Source: an uncultured Candidatus Saccharibacteria bacterium (lineage in GTDB: Bacteria; Patescibacteriota; Andersenbacteria; UBA10190). Taken from it: DNA of 64,000 nt. The stretch covers positions 21,993-85,992 of the forward strand of contig CAYHTZ010000003.1 of assembly GCA_964359735.1 (NCBI GenBank), given 5' to 3'. This document shows, piece after piece, positions 27,984 to 37,341 of the stretch (position 1 is its first letter; every line of letters begins with the position of its first letter). The notes under the pieces were generated by a model, which saw nothing but the letters and a program-made list of their open reading frames with translations, did not search any database and was not told where the DNA came from. Both the position numbers and the translations under genes were made by a program.

Positions 27984-28404
27984 CGACCACCAGAAACAGA
28001 GAATTCTGGGCTTTCTCAAACATCACCAGATAGGTGTAATTGCCACTACCAAGAGCGGTTTGCAGCCAGAAGCGGCGGCGGTTGAATATGGAGAAACAGA
28101 AGACTTGGAACTTATCATTGATACGTTTGTGAATTCCCGAAAATGGGGGAATATCCAGAAAAATCCCCGGGTAGCCTTTGTCGTTGGTTGGGATCAAGAT
28201 ATTACAGTGCAATACGAAGGCAGGGTAACTCAATTGCAGGGTGAAGAGCTTACGAAGAGTAAGAATACTTACTTTGCGAAAAATCCACGCGCTCAAAAAT
28301 GGGAAGGGAGAGAAGGGGTTATATATTTCAAGATTGTTCCCACCTGGATTCGCTATACAGATACAAATAAGAATCCTTGGGAAATATTTGAACTCACCTT
28401 TTAG
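27961..28404 (+). CDS. Pyridoxamine 5'-phosphate oxidase-like (split-barrel flavin-binding) protein
   Basis: GVIATT..PEAA, SRKWGNIQKNPRVAFVV, TVQYEG, FKIVPTWIRY; AT-rich. Confidence 0.8.
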   Translation: MPLNTVDNDHQKQRILGFLKHHQIGVIATTKSGLQPEAAAVEYGETEDLELIIDTFVNSRKWGNIQKNPRVAFVVGWDQDITVQYEGRVTQLQGEELTKSKNTYFAKNPRAQKWEGREGVIYFKIVPTWIRYTDTNKNPWEIFELTF

Positions 28405-28415
28405 AACTCATCAAT

Positions 28416-28441
28416 CTCTCCATAGATCGATCTATGGAGAG
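28416..28441. repeat. Perfect 26-bp palindrome CTCTCCATAGATC|GATCTATGGAGAG (copy 2), containing the stop codon of the TrpR-like gene
   Basis: Read directly; identical to the core of 3731-3760. Confidence 0.9.
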
Positions 28442-28878
28442 GCTCTGCGAGAGCCGACCACAGATTCGGAAATGCCGCGAGTGATGAGATCAATAATCAG
28501 CCAGCGTGGATCGCGATGTCGGAGACGGGGAATGAGGTTACGCCTGTGCTGCTCACGCCACTTCTCATCACGCCGTTGCCTAGCACGGATTTCGTGATAG
28601 TCGCGTACAACATGCTTAAGCCAGCCATCAACTGATTGAATAGTCGAAAAACCAATGCCAGTTTCTTCACGGACAGTATAGTACGACTTCCCCTGCAATA
28701 AGCCCTCAGCAGCCTGCAAACGGCGGCCAATCATGATGAGCTCGCTTGCTGTAAGCAGTCTCGACAAGAATTCGTATAACTCTTTTTTCGTCTTCAAGCC
28801 GTGGAGCGCTTCCACGAGAGGGTCAATAATCGCCTTCCGTTCTTTCATGCTCAGGGCGGCGTAATCAAACCGGGGCAT
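28432..28878 (-). CDS. TrpR-like (YerC/YecD family) helix-turn-helix protein
   Basis: FLSRLLTASELIMIGRRLQAAEGLLQGKSYYTVREETGIGFSTIQSV matches the TrpR/YerC pattern; start at 28878 (6 nt after TGnTAAGGT) or 28884. Confidence 0.85.
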   Translation of the reverse strand: MPRFDYAALSMKERKAIIDPLVEALHGLKTKKELYEFLSRLLTASELIMIGRRLQAAEGLLQGKSYYTVREETGIGFSTIQSVDGWLKHVVRDYHEIRARQRRDEKWREQHRRNLIPRLRHRDPRWLIIDLITRGISESVVGSRRASP

Positions 28879-28889
28879 ACTCATACCTT

Positions 28890-28909
28890 ACCATAGATCG
28901 ATCTATGGT
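28890..28909. promoter_or_regulatory. Perfect 20-bp palindrome ACCATAGATC|GATCTATGGT (copy 3) in the divergent promoter region; candidate operator
   Basis: Overlaps the extended -10 of the TrpR-like gene; ends 4 bp before TGGACG-17-TAGGTT of the divergent gene. Confidence 0.8.
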
Positions 28910-28950
28910 GATATGGACGAAGAGTCTGACATATCGTAGGTTAGATCTTT

Positions 28951-29874
28951 ATGATCATCGGATTCAAAACTGGGCCGAGGAATTGGGATGTGGCGCAAAA
29001 AATCGTGGAGGAAGACGGCGCCACTATGTGCGAAGCGTGGTTTAACGTGGGGAAAGAAAGTGAATACCAAGAAATGTTTGCCTGGCTGCAAGAGCACAGT
29101 GTGAAAATCGGGCTGCATCACTGGGGCCTGGCGCAGAAGGAATTTAAAACCAATCTCTCCACGAACAATTCGGCGGTGCGCAAAGAAAGCCTGGCACAGA
29201 TGAAACACACTATCGACATCGGTAAAGAAATTGGCGCAGCGTATGTGAATGTACACCCGGGGGCACGGTGGCTGGAACGGATTAATTTTTCCACGGATGA
29301 CCAAGAACGAGTAGAAGGAAGCGAAACTCCACCGGACGCAGCGCGGGACCTGCTGCTTGCCGGAGCAGCCGAGCTCAACTCTTATGCCGAAGAGCGTGCT
29401 GTATTGTTTACCGTAGAAACCTTGCCGGGAAGGGAAGCGTACAATTCTCTCAGGCGCGAGGGCATCTATGACTCAGGCAACCCTCCGCTGGCATGGATCG
29501 AAGAAATAGGTTCCCGCGGCGGATATGTTGCCAATGACATTACTCACAGCGCCTCGGTAGTAGCCTTGGCGGATAGCTCGCCGGCAGGCATGTGGCAGGG
29601 CCTGCTGGATTTCACCCGTCGCGTGGCTCCGCACACAAAACTCGTGCATGTGAACACGATGATCCCTCCTTTCGACGGCAGGGATTCTCATAATGGATTG
29701 CTGCCGGCCGATTTTTCCCAAGGCAGCGTTCCTACTCGCGAGCAAATCGTACAATTGCTCTCTTTATTCGCTCAACGAGACGACGTGTACGTTGTGCCGG
29801 AACCCCAAATTCAGTTTACCCGGGAAAACTTCCTGGCACTCAAGGAAATTGCCGAAGAGGCCAAAGTCGCTTAG
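28951..29874 (+). CDS. Xylose isomerase-like / AP endonuclease family 2 TIM-barrel protein
   Basis: NLST...RKESLAQMKHTIDIG..IGAAYVNVHPG, VET, DITH, HVN, DSH, PE metal-ligand pattern. Confidence 0.75.
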   Translation: MIIGFKTGPRNWDVAQKIVEEDGATMCEAWFNVGKESEYQEMFAWLQEHSVKIGLHHWGLAQKEFKTNLSTNNSAVRKESLAQMKHTIDIGKEIGAAYVNVHPGARWLERINFSTDDQERVEGSETPPDAARDLLLAGAAELNSYAEERAVLFTVETLPGREAYNSLRREGIYDSGNPPLAWIEEIGSRGGYVANDITHSASVVALADSSPAGMWQGLLDFTRRVAPHTKLVHVNTMIPPFDGRDSHNGLLPADFSQGSVPTREQIVQLLSLFAQRDDVYVVPEPQIQFTRENFLALKEIAEEAKVA

Positions 29875-29884
29875 GCTGGATTTT

Positions 29885-31213
29885 GTGACGCGCGAACGAA
29901 AACGACAACTCTTTAGCCTGCTTATCATAGGGATCCTCGCGGTCGTGGCCGTCTGGTTTAACACTCCTTGGCGGCCGCAGGTACAGATAGGCTCATTTGA
30001 ACGGGATTTAAGCCTCCGGTTAGGCCTTGATCTCCAAGGAGGGTCCCACCTGATCTACCGCGCGGATATTAAGGGGGTTCCTGAAGCAGAAATCGAAGAG
30101 GCGGTCGCGGGCGTGCGCGATGTGATTGAGCGCCGGGTGAACGCGTTTGGCATTTCAGAGCCTATTGTCCAGACCAGTAAGGTGGGTGAGGAGCGGCGGA
30201 TTGTGGTAGAGCTGGCGGGGGTACATAACCCTGAGACAGCGATATCTCTCATCGGGGCTACCCCCCAGCTCGACTTCCGCAAAGAAGTATCCGCCACCGT
30301 CAATGTGGATGACCAAACCGGCATCACGGGGCCAACCTTTGAGCGGACAGCGCTCACGGGCCGGCACCTGAAACGAGCCACGGTGGATTTCGACCAGGTA
30401 CTGGGGGCTCCGCAGGTGGGACTCGAGTTTGATGGCGAGGGCAGCGACCTCTTTGCCGCCTTAACTCGGGAAAGCGTCGGGAAGCGGGTAGCTATCTACC
30501 TAGATGGCATTCCCATTAGCGCCCCAGTGGTACAAACAGAAATCACAAACGGCCAAGCCATCATCAGCGGGGGATTCTCTTTGGAAGAAGCCAAACAGCT
30601 GGCCCGCAACTTGCGCGCCGGGGCACTGCCTGTCCCGATTGAACTGATTGGGCAGCAAACGATTGGCCCGACTTTGGGGCGGCTTTCGATACAGGAGAGC
30701 ATTGCCGCCGGGCTGTTGGGGCTTATCGCCGTAGCCGCTTGGATGATAACGTTTTACCGTCTGCCGGGACTCATTGCCTCGATAGCATTGGTGTTATATG
30801 CCGTGTTCTTCTTGGCCATCATTCGGGCGCTTGGAGTAACCATGACACTGGCAGGGGTGGCTGGTTTCATTCTGTCGATTGGAATGGCGGTAGACGCCAA
30901 CGTGCTCATCTTTGAACGCCTCCGAGAAAACCTCCGGGCAGGCAAGACTATTCGCTACGCGCTGACCGACGGCTTTCGAGAAGCGTGGAGCTCAATCCGG
31001 GACTCCAATGTGACTGGGCTGCTGTCGGCCATCATTATGTATTACTTTGGGTCATCGATCATCCGAGGTTTTGCCGTGACGCTGGCGATTGGCACCCTCC
31101 TTTCTATGTTCACGGCTATTACGATAACGCGTGCCTTGCTCCACCTGGTTATGGCCTGGAAGGCAACACACCGTCCCTTCTTACTCGCAGTGAAAAGCAT
31201 GAAAGCGCTATGA
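29885..31213 (+). CDS. secD: Protein translocase subunit SecD
   Basis: LGLDLQGG, RRVNAFGISEP, GALPVP, IGPTLG, AVDANVLIFER; GTG 29885 lies 7 nt after TTGCCG-17-TAGGCT. Confidence 0.95.
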   Translation: MTRERKRQLFSLLIIGILAVVAVWFNTPWRPQVQIGSFERDLSLRLGLDLQGGSHLIYRADIKGVPEAEIEEAVAGVRDVIERRVNAFGISEPIVQTSKVGEERRIVVELAGVHNPETAISLIGATPQLDFRKEVSATVNVDDQTGITGPTFERTALTGRHLKRATVDFDQVLGAPQVGLEFDGEGSDLFAALTRESVGKRVAIYLDGIPISAPVVQTEITNGQAIISGGFSLEEAKQLARNLRAGALPVPIELIGQQTIGPTLGRLSIQESIAAGLLGLIAVAAWMITFYRLPGLIASIALVLYAVFFLAIIRALGVTMTLAGVAGFILSIGMAVDANVLIFERLRENLRAGKTIRYALTDGFREAWSSIRDSNVTGLLSAIIMYYFGSSIIRGFAVTLAIGTLLSMFTAITITRALLHLVMAWKATHRPFLLAVKSMKAL

Positions 31214-32079
31214 TTGTGAACCCAAAACTCTGGTTCTGGATTTCCCTGATTACCATTGCAGCCAGTGTTCTCATTATCGTTTTGGTCCGCCCGCTGTGGG
31301 GTATTGATTTCGTGGGCGGTTCGCTGCTTGAGGTTAAAGCTCCCGAAGAAAACTTGGAAAAGGTACAGGTACTGCTGGAGGACACGTTCAGTATTAGCTC
31401 GACTATTCAACCCACCCCGGAAGGCACACTCATTATTCGCACTCCCGTACTCACGAGCGAGCAGCATCAAAAAATCCTCGGGGCGCTGACTGCCGAAGGG
31501 TTAGCAGAAGAGGAACTTCGCTTCGAAGCGGCCGGGCCCACCATCGGAGCGGCGCTGCGCCGGCAGGCCATCGTGGCGCTGGTTCTCTCGATTGTACTGA
31601 TGATTGCCTACCTGGCTTACACATTCCGGGGAGCCGCCGGCCTCACCAACCCATGGAAGTTCGGCGTGGCTGCGGTGTATGCGGTGCTCCATGATTTACT
31701 TTTAGTCACTGCCATATTTGCACTGCTGGGAAAAACCTGGAACGTGCCGGTAGACTCCTTATTTGTGACGGCGCTCCTGGCTATTTTCGGCTATTCCGTT
31801 AACGACACCATCGTACTTTTCAACCGTATGGCCACCAATTGGGTAGCTCGTCGCAGCGGCAACCTGCTGACGAACATCGACCAGGCCATCCGGGAGACGC
31901 TGATGCGTTCCATTAATACTTCTATGACCATTTTGCTTGTGCTGGTGACCATGCTCCTCTTCGGAGGGACAACGCTGCGCTGGTTCGTGGTGGCTCTCAC
32001 CCTAGGCACCATTACGGGGGCATACTCCACTATTTTTGTAGCGACGCCATGTCTCTACTATCTGACGAAGCGGCGATAG
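31210..32079 (+). CDS. secF: Protein translocase subunit SecF
   Basis: GIDFVGG, GPTIG, HD, GYSVNDTIVLFNR, TLMRSINTS; ATGA overlap with secD. Confidence 0.95.
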   Translation: MIVNPKLWFWISLITIAASVLIIVLVRPLWGIDFVGGSLLEVKAPEENLEKVQVLLEDTFSISSTIQPTPEGTLIIRTPVLTSEQHQKILGALTAEGLAEEELRFEAAGPTIGAALRRQAIVALVLSIVLMIAYLAYTFRGAAGLTNPWKFGVAAVYAVLHDLLLVTAIFALLGKTWNVPVDSLFVTALLAIFGYSVNDTIVLFNRMATNWVARRSGNLLTNIDQAIRETLMRSINTSMTILLVLVTMLLFGGTTLRWFVVALTLGTITGAYSTIFVATPCLYYLTKRR

Positions 32080-32741
32080 AAAAAAACAATACGTGGTTGC
32101 ACGAGTGGTTTAAAAGGAGCACGCAGGCACCGGCGCTCCTCATTGTAGGAGAGTGGGAAGGCCTCTCAGAAGGACCAGTGGCTGCCCTACCTACTCAAGA
32201 CCGCTACCTTCTCGAAACCTCTCGCCGGTCCATTAGTATTGAGGATATACGTAACCTGATTCGAGCTAGCATCAGCACGACACCTTTTGGCAAGCGGCTC
32301 ATTATTATTCCAGACTGCGAACGCCTCTCCTTACCGGCTGCCCAGGCTTTACTCAAATTTTTAGAAGAGCCAACGGCGGGAAATCGAGTACTGCTCACCA
32401 CCCGTTTCCCTCGCCGGCTACTCCCCACCATCCGCTCCCGCGTCGATATTCTCCGTTTCAAACAGCTTGAGCGTAGGAGACCTGAGGCGCCGGAAGTGCG
32501 TATTGACCCGGCCGAGCTCATGACTGCGAAGAGCCGCCGGCCTCTCACCGAAGAGGAACTCACCTACATCGGCCAGGTGATAGATGTCCACCTCGCTCGC
32601 GGCGGGAATGTCGGTCCCATTTACCGCGCGCTGCTGCGGCTGCGAGATTACTACAAGATCCGGGCGGCGGGTGGAAACGAAAAGTTAGCTGCAGATGTTC
32701 TCCTGGCGAGTTTGCTTGAACTTGGACATGAAACACGATAA
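32049..32741 (+). CDS. holB: DNA polymerase III delta-prime-like subunit (reduced)
   Basis: ISIEDIR, LSLPAAQALLKFLEEP, LLPTIRSR. Confidence 0.75.
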   Translation: MSLLSDEAAIEKNNTWLHEWFKRSTQAPALLIVGEWEGLSEGPVAALPTQDRYLLETSRRSISIEDIRNLIRASISTTPFGKRLIIIPDCERLSLPAAQALLKFLEEPTAGNRVLLTTRFPRRLLPTIRSRVDILRFKQLERRRPEAPEVRIDPAELMTAKSRRPLTEEELTYIGQVIDVHLARGGNVGPIYRALLRLRDYYKIRAAGGNEKLAADVLLASLLELGHETR

Positions 32742-32750
32742 CTTTTGACT

Positions 32751-33311
32751 ATGCCGCTCCAGGATGCATACGATATGTTTAACCTAGGGAAGGAAGAGGC
32801 TTTGGAGTGGTTTCAGCTAGAAACTGTGAGCTTGCGCAGCGGACGAGTGAAGCCGGACCTGGTCACGAAGCTCCAAGTTGAACATTACGGCACTCGCAAT
32901 CCGCTGCAGAGTCTGGCGGGTATTTCCAGCATTGATGCACGCACGTTAGCCATTTCCCCGTATGACCCGGGAACTATTCGAGCGATCGAGAAGGCACTTG
33001 CTGATGCCGACCTCGGCGTTAACCCGACCGTTGACGGCCAAATCATACGCTTGTCATTTCCATCACTTACCGAAGAGGTGCGCGAACGCACAGTCAAGCA
33101 GCTGCATAAGAAGGCGGAAGAGGCGAGAGTGAGACTCAGGCAAGCGCGGGATGAGGCCTTAAAAATGGTGCGTGAAGAAAAAGAAGCTAGCACCATTACG
33201 GAGGACGATTTTTACAACGGAAAAGAAAAGTTGGATGAGATGATTCAGGCCGCCAACGAAGAGATCGAGCAGCTGATGCAAAAAAAGGAAGAAGAAGTAC
33301 GCGCGGTATAA
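32751..33311 (+). CDS. frr: Ribosome recycling factor
   Basis: LRSGRVKP, VEHYG, ADLGVNP, PSLTEE, ITEDD. Confidence 0.95.
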   Translation: MPLQDAYDMFNLGKEEALEWFQLETVSLRSGRVKPDLVTKLQVEHYGTRNPLQSLAGISSIDARTLAISPYDPGTIRAIEKALADADLGVNPTVDGQIIRLSFPSLTEEVRERTVKQLHKKAEEARVRLRQARDEALKMVREEKEASTITEDDFYNGKEKLDEMIQAANEEIEQLMQKKEEEVRAV

Positions 33312-33352
33312 GGCCCTAGCGGATTCATGAGTTTGCCAGTAGGATAGAGGGC

Positions 33353-34429
33353 ATGTTATTCGTGACCATCATTGTTTTTGCAGTTCTCCTCTTGGCCCTC
33401 GTTCTTGTACACGAGTGGGGGCATTTAATTGTGGCGAAAAAGGCGGGCTGTACCGTAGAGGAATTCGGGTTTGGGTTTCCACCCAGGATTTTATCAAAAG
33501 TGTGGCACGGTACGCGCTACTCGCTGAACCTGCTGCCGATCGGTGGGTTCGTAAAAATTGAAGGGGAAGATATGCAGGACCCGAATCCGGGACCGGAGAG
33601 CTTTGCCACTAAATCAGCGGGATGGAGAATCGCCATTCTGGCAGCGGGGGTTACGGCTAACGTGGCTCTTGCCATTGTCTTGCTTTCTCTCCAAGCGGGA
33701 ATAGGCATGCCGACGCTGGTGACAGCAGAAAATGGGCGCGAACTCACCGATTTAAAAACATACATTCTGAAGGTGGCTCCCGGCTCTCCGGCGGTGGAGG
33801 CTGGCATCAAAGAACTGGACAGAATTGTGCGCGTCAATGAAGCACCCAATCCATCAATTGAACAGGTGCAAGCGGCTATCGCCGCGGCCAAGGGAAAAGA
33901 AGTAGTGGTAGAGGTAGAGCGGCAGGGCCAGCATAAAATAGTCACGGTACACCCACGCGAGAATCCGCCGCCGGGAGAAGGCCCGATGGGCATTAGCTTA
34001 GGAGCAGCGGGACTGGCCCGTGCTCCTTGGTGGCAAGCACCATTTATCGGTTTACAACGAACCGGGGAAATGTTGGTGGCTATCATTGCTCAATTCTCCG
34101 CCATCATTTCCCGTCTCGTGACCAGCGGGAGCGTAGGCGAAACGCTGACCGGGCCGATTGGGATAGCTGTCTACACCAACGAAGCGACCCAAATGGGTTT
34201 GCCGTATATCCTTGAATTCGGCGCACTGATTAGCCTTAACTTGGCTTTAATCAACATTTTGCCGCTACCGGCGCTGGACGGGGGGAGGATTCTCTTTGTA
34301 GTGTTAGAGAAGATCGCCGGTAGGCGGTTTCCTGGCAAGATCGAGCAAGTGACACACACGATAGGATTTGTGCTTCTCATTTTGCTGATGGTGCTCATTA
34401 CATTCCGTGATGTTCAGCGGTTCTTCTAG
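33353..34429 (+). CDS. rseP: Site-2 (M50) intramembrane metalloprotease with PDZ domain
   Basis: HEWGH, PIGGFVKI, NILPLPALDGG. Confidence 0.92.
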   Translation: MLFVTIIVFAVLLLALVLVHEWGHLIVAKKAGCTVEEFGFGFPPRILSKVWHGTRYSLNLLPIGGFVKIEGEDMQDPNPGPESFATKSAGWRIAILAAGVTANVALAIVLLSLQAGIGMPTLVTAENGRELTDLKTYILKVAPGSPAVEAGIKELDRIVRVNEAPNPSIEQVQAAIAAAKGKEVVVEVERQGQHKIVTVHPRENPPPGEGPMGISLGAAGLARAPWWQAPFIGLQRTGEMLVAIIAQFSAIISRLVTSGSVGETLTGPIGIAVYTNEATQMGLPYILEFGALISLNLALINILPLPALDGGRILFVVLEKIAGRRFPGKIEQVTHTIGFVLLILLMVLITFRDVQRFF

Positions 34430-34430
34430 C

Positions 34431-34575
34431 GCGAGTATTATTGTGTTCTCGGACACGCGTCGGCCGCCCAGCGGGCGAGCCGCGCTCGTTCTCAGCTCGC
34501 CACTGTCAAGCAACATGCCTTGACAGACCCTGCTGGCTTCGCTTCCGTGCGGTCCTCGAACACAACATTACTCGC
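34431..34575. other. 145-nt multi-stem inverted-repeat element between rseP and proS (structured RNA or MITE-like)
   Basis: Nested pairings GCGAGTA/TACTCGC, TTGTGTTC/GAACACAA, GGAC/GTCC, CCAGCGGG/CCTGCTGG, CTGTCAAG/CTTGACAG. Confidence 0.7.
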
Positions 34576-34584
34576 TTAAAACTT

Positions 34585-36294
34585 ATGCGATACTCTCAAT
34601 TCTTCTTAAAAACGAGCAAAGACGCCAAGGAGTTCGACTCCGTAAATGCCACGCTACTCCAAAAGGGCGGCTTTATTCACCAAACCATGGCCGGCGTGTA
34701 CACGTTTTTGCCGCTGGGACTGCGCGTACTTAACAAAATTGAAAATATTGTGCGCGAGGAAATGGATAAACTGGGCAGTGAACTCCTGATGCCGGCGCTC
34801 TCCCCCAAAGAGTTGTGGCAAACAACCGGTCGGCTAGAAACGGTTGACGTTCTATTCGAAGCGCGCGGAGCAAACGAGGCTTCGCGTAAGAAAAATGATG
34901 CAAGCTATGTGCTGAACGCCACCCACGAGGATGTTTTAACGCCCATAGCGCAGCAGTTCAGGCCAAGTTATAAAGATTTGCCAGCAGCCGTATACCAGAT
35001 TCAGACAAAGTTTCGAAACGAACCCAGAGCTAAATCGGGGTTGCTTCGTGGCCGTGAGTTTCGCATGAAAGACCTATATTCTTTTCATGCTTCCGAAGAA
35101 GACTTCGAGGATTTCTACGAGAAAATGAAAGTTGCCTACACAAACACTTTTCAGCGCCTGGGAATAGGTAATGATACATATGTCGTGATGGCGTCGGGAG
35201 GTTCATTTTCGAAGCATTTTTCGCACGAATTCCAGACGAGGTGTGATACAGGCGAAGATGTTGTTTTCCATGCAATGACCGCAAATGTCCTATTTAACCG
35301 CGAAATTGCCCCCAGTCATGCTCCTCCGCTTACCCAACAAGGAGAAGCGGAATTGCCCATTCAGGAGGTTGAGGGAAAAGGCTTGATTGGCGTTGAGCCA
35401 CTGGCTGAGTATCTCAAGATTCCAGTAGAGAAGACTACAAAGACCATTTTGTTTGAAACTCAGGAAGGTGAGGTTATTGCGGCAGCTGTGCGAGGCACAT
35501 ACGAGATAAATGAAAATAAGTTGGAGAAAATTGTAGGGAAGGAATTTCGACTTGCGAGTCCAGAAACGGTGAAGCAAGTGACCGGCGCAGAGGTGGGCTA
35601 TGCTGGTCTACTTAATCTTCCTTCCGAAGTTCAAATCTATATGGACGAATCAGTAAAAGGTAGAAAAAATTTCGAGACAGGAGCCAATCGGACACACTAT
35701 CATACTATTAACGTAAACTTTGGTCGCGACCTCCCAGAACCTGATCAGTTTTACGATATCAAGGTTGCCCGAGAAGGAGATTTGCATCCGGAAACAGGTG
35801 AGGTATATGAGGTATTTCGAGCATCTGAAGTGGGTAACGTTTTTCGCTTGGGAACCAAGTTTACGGAGGCATTCGGCTATACATACACCGACGAGAAAGG
35901 AACGCAGCAGCCGGTGCTCATGGGATCATATGGAATCGGCACAAGTAGGATAATGGGCGTATTGGTGGAGAAGTTCCATGATGACAGAGGTATTATCTGG
36001 CCATCACAGGTAGCGCCGTTTCAGGTGTACTTGGCGGAGTTGAGCGCGGACCTGCTAGTTCAGCGGGCAGGCGCGAGCGCTTACGAGCAATTAACTAAGG
36101 CTGGAATCGAGGTACTGTATGACGACCGAAAAAACGCTTCAGCTGGCGAAAAATTGGCCGATGCTGACCTGCTCGGCATCCTATGGCGGCTGGTAGTGTC
36201 GAAAAAAACTGGCGATAAAGTTGAAGTAAAGAGGCGGACAGAGGATAGTGTAGAGATGATGGGGGTTAAAGAGTTCCTTCGCCATGCGTTTTAG
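34585..36294 (+). CDS. proS: Proline--tRNA ligase with INS editing domain
   Basis: MRYSQFF start, AGVYTFLPLG, KFRNEPRAKSGLLRGREFRMKD, MGSYGIG; the ORF-track extension from 34441 is the structured element. Confidence 0.95.
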   Translation: MRYSQFFLKTSKDAKEFDSVNATLLQKGGFIHQTMAGVYTFLPLGLRVLNKIENIVREEMDKLGSELLMPALSPKELWQTTGRLETVDVLFEARGANEASRKKNDASYVLNATHEDVLTPIAQQFRPSYKDLPAAVYQIQTKFRNEPRAKSGLLRGREFRMKDLYSFHASEEDFEDFYEKMKVAYTNTFQRLGIGNDTYVVMASGGSFSKHFSHEFQTRCDTGEDVVFHAMTANVLFNREIAPSHAPPLTQQGEAELPIQEVEGKGLIGVEPLAEYLKIPVEKTTKTILFETQEGEVIAAAVRGTYEINENKLEKIVGKEFRLASPETVKQVTGAEVGYAGLLNLPSEVQIYMDESVKGRKNFETGANRTHYHTINVNFGRDLPEPDQFYDIKVAREGDLHPETGEVYEVFRASEVGNVFRLGTKFTEAFGYTYTDEKGTQQPVLMGSYGIGTSRIMGVLVEKFHDDRGIIWPSQVAPFQVYLAELSADLLVQRAGASAYEQLTKAGIEVLYDDRKNASAGEKLADADLLGILWRLVVSKKTGDKVEVKRRTEDSVEMMGVKEFLRHAF

Positions 36295-37341
36295 CGACCG
36301 CGTCCTGGTAAGTTTTCTCAGGACATCGGGATTGATTTAGGCACTGCCAATACGCTCGTGTACGTGCGAGGCAAAGGCATTGTGATCAACGAGCCGTCAG
36401 TAGTGGCGCTTAACAAGAAAACGAATGAAGTGCTAGCCATTGGAAAGGAAGCCCAACGTATGGTGGGCAAAACGCCGGCTCACATCGTCGCCGTCCGCCC
36501 TTTGAAAGATGGCGTTATTTCCGACTTTGAAGTGACCGAACAAATGCTGCGTTACTTTATTCAGAAAGTTCATGAAGAGGCCTTCGCACTCTTGGCGCGG
36601 CCGCGGGTGGTAGTAGGGCTCCCTAGCTCGGTTACGGAGGTAGAACGAAGAGCAGTAGAAGAAGCGAGCCTCCGAGCCGGCGCCCGGGCGGTATTTTTGA
36701 TTGAAGAGGTTATGGCGGCGGCCATTGGCACGAGGCTGCCTGTCCATGAGGCCACTGGCAGCTTTATCGTCGACGTGGGTGGGGGAACAACAGATATCGC
36801 GGTCATATCGTTAGGCGGCATTGTGGTTAGTAAGACGCTGCGCGTGGCTGGAGACGAGATGAATGAAAGCATTGTCCAGTACGGACGTGATAATTTTAAT
36901 ATCTTAATCGGAGAAAGAACTGCCGAGGACCTGAAAATTCGTATCGGGGCAGCCACTGAGCTTCCTGAGATGTTAGAAGCCCCGCTGCGGGGCCGAGATC
37001 TGGTGACTGGGCTGCCTAAGGAGGTAGTGATTAATGCGATGCAAGTGCGAGAGGCGCTGTTGCGCCCTACCAGCGCGATTGTGGAGGCAGTGAAGGGAGT
37101 GGTAGAGGAAACTCCGCCTGAACTCATCGCTGACATTATTGACCAAGGTATCCACTTGGCGGGTGGCGGGTCGCTCTTGCGCGGCCTGGACCAGGTTATA
37201 TCGGCGGCAACCCAAATTCGAGCGCGCGTGGTAGATGACCCGCTGACGGCGGTGGTGCGCGGCACAGGCGTAGTTCTCGAAGACGTGGAAGCGCTCCACG
37301 AAGTGCTGCTCCCCAGCGTGCATGGCACACAGTTGAAATAG
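36284..37341 (+). CDS. mreB: MreB of the mreBCD-mrdA operon, with an apparent -1 frameshift near codons 8-11
   Basis: DIGIDLGTANTLV is in frame upstream of the ORF-track GTG 36358, with no standard start before the proS stop; ATG 36284 is one base out of frame. Confidence 0.85.

Noticed and set aside
34431-34584. T-box riboswitch, or a 48-aa N-terminal extension of ProRS as in the ORF track
   Set aside because: No T-box consensus (GGTGGnACC) or terminator U-tract was seen. The extension is just the structured element read in frame; ProRS similarity begins at MRYSQFF (34585).
36292-36294. Stop-codon reassignment (TAG or TGA read-through) producing a ProRS-MreB fusion
   Set aside because: TAG, TGA and TAA all end conserved genes at expected positions elsewhere (e.g. 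rpmJ TAG, infA TGA), consistent with the standard bacterial code.
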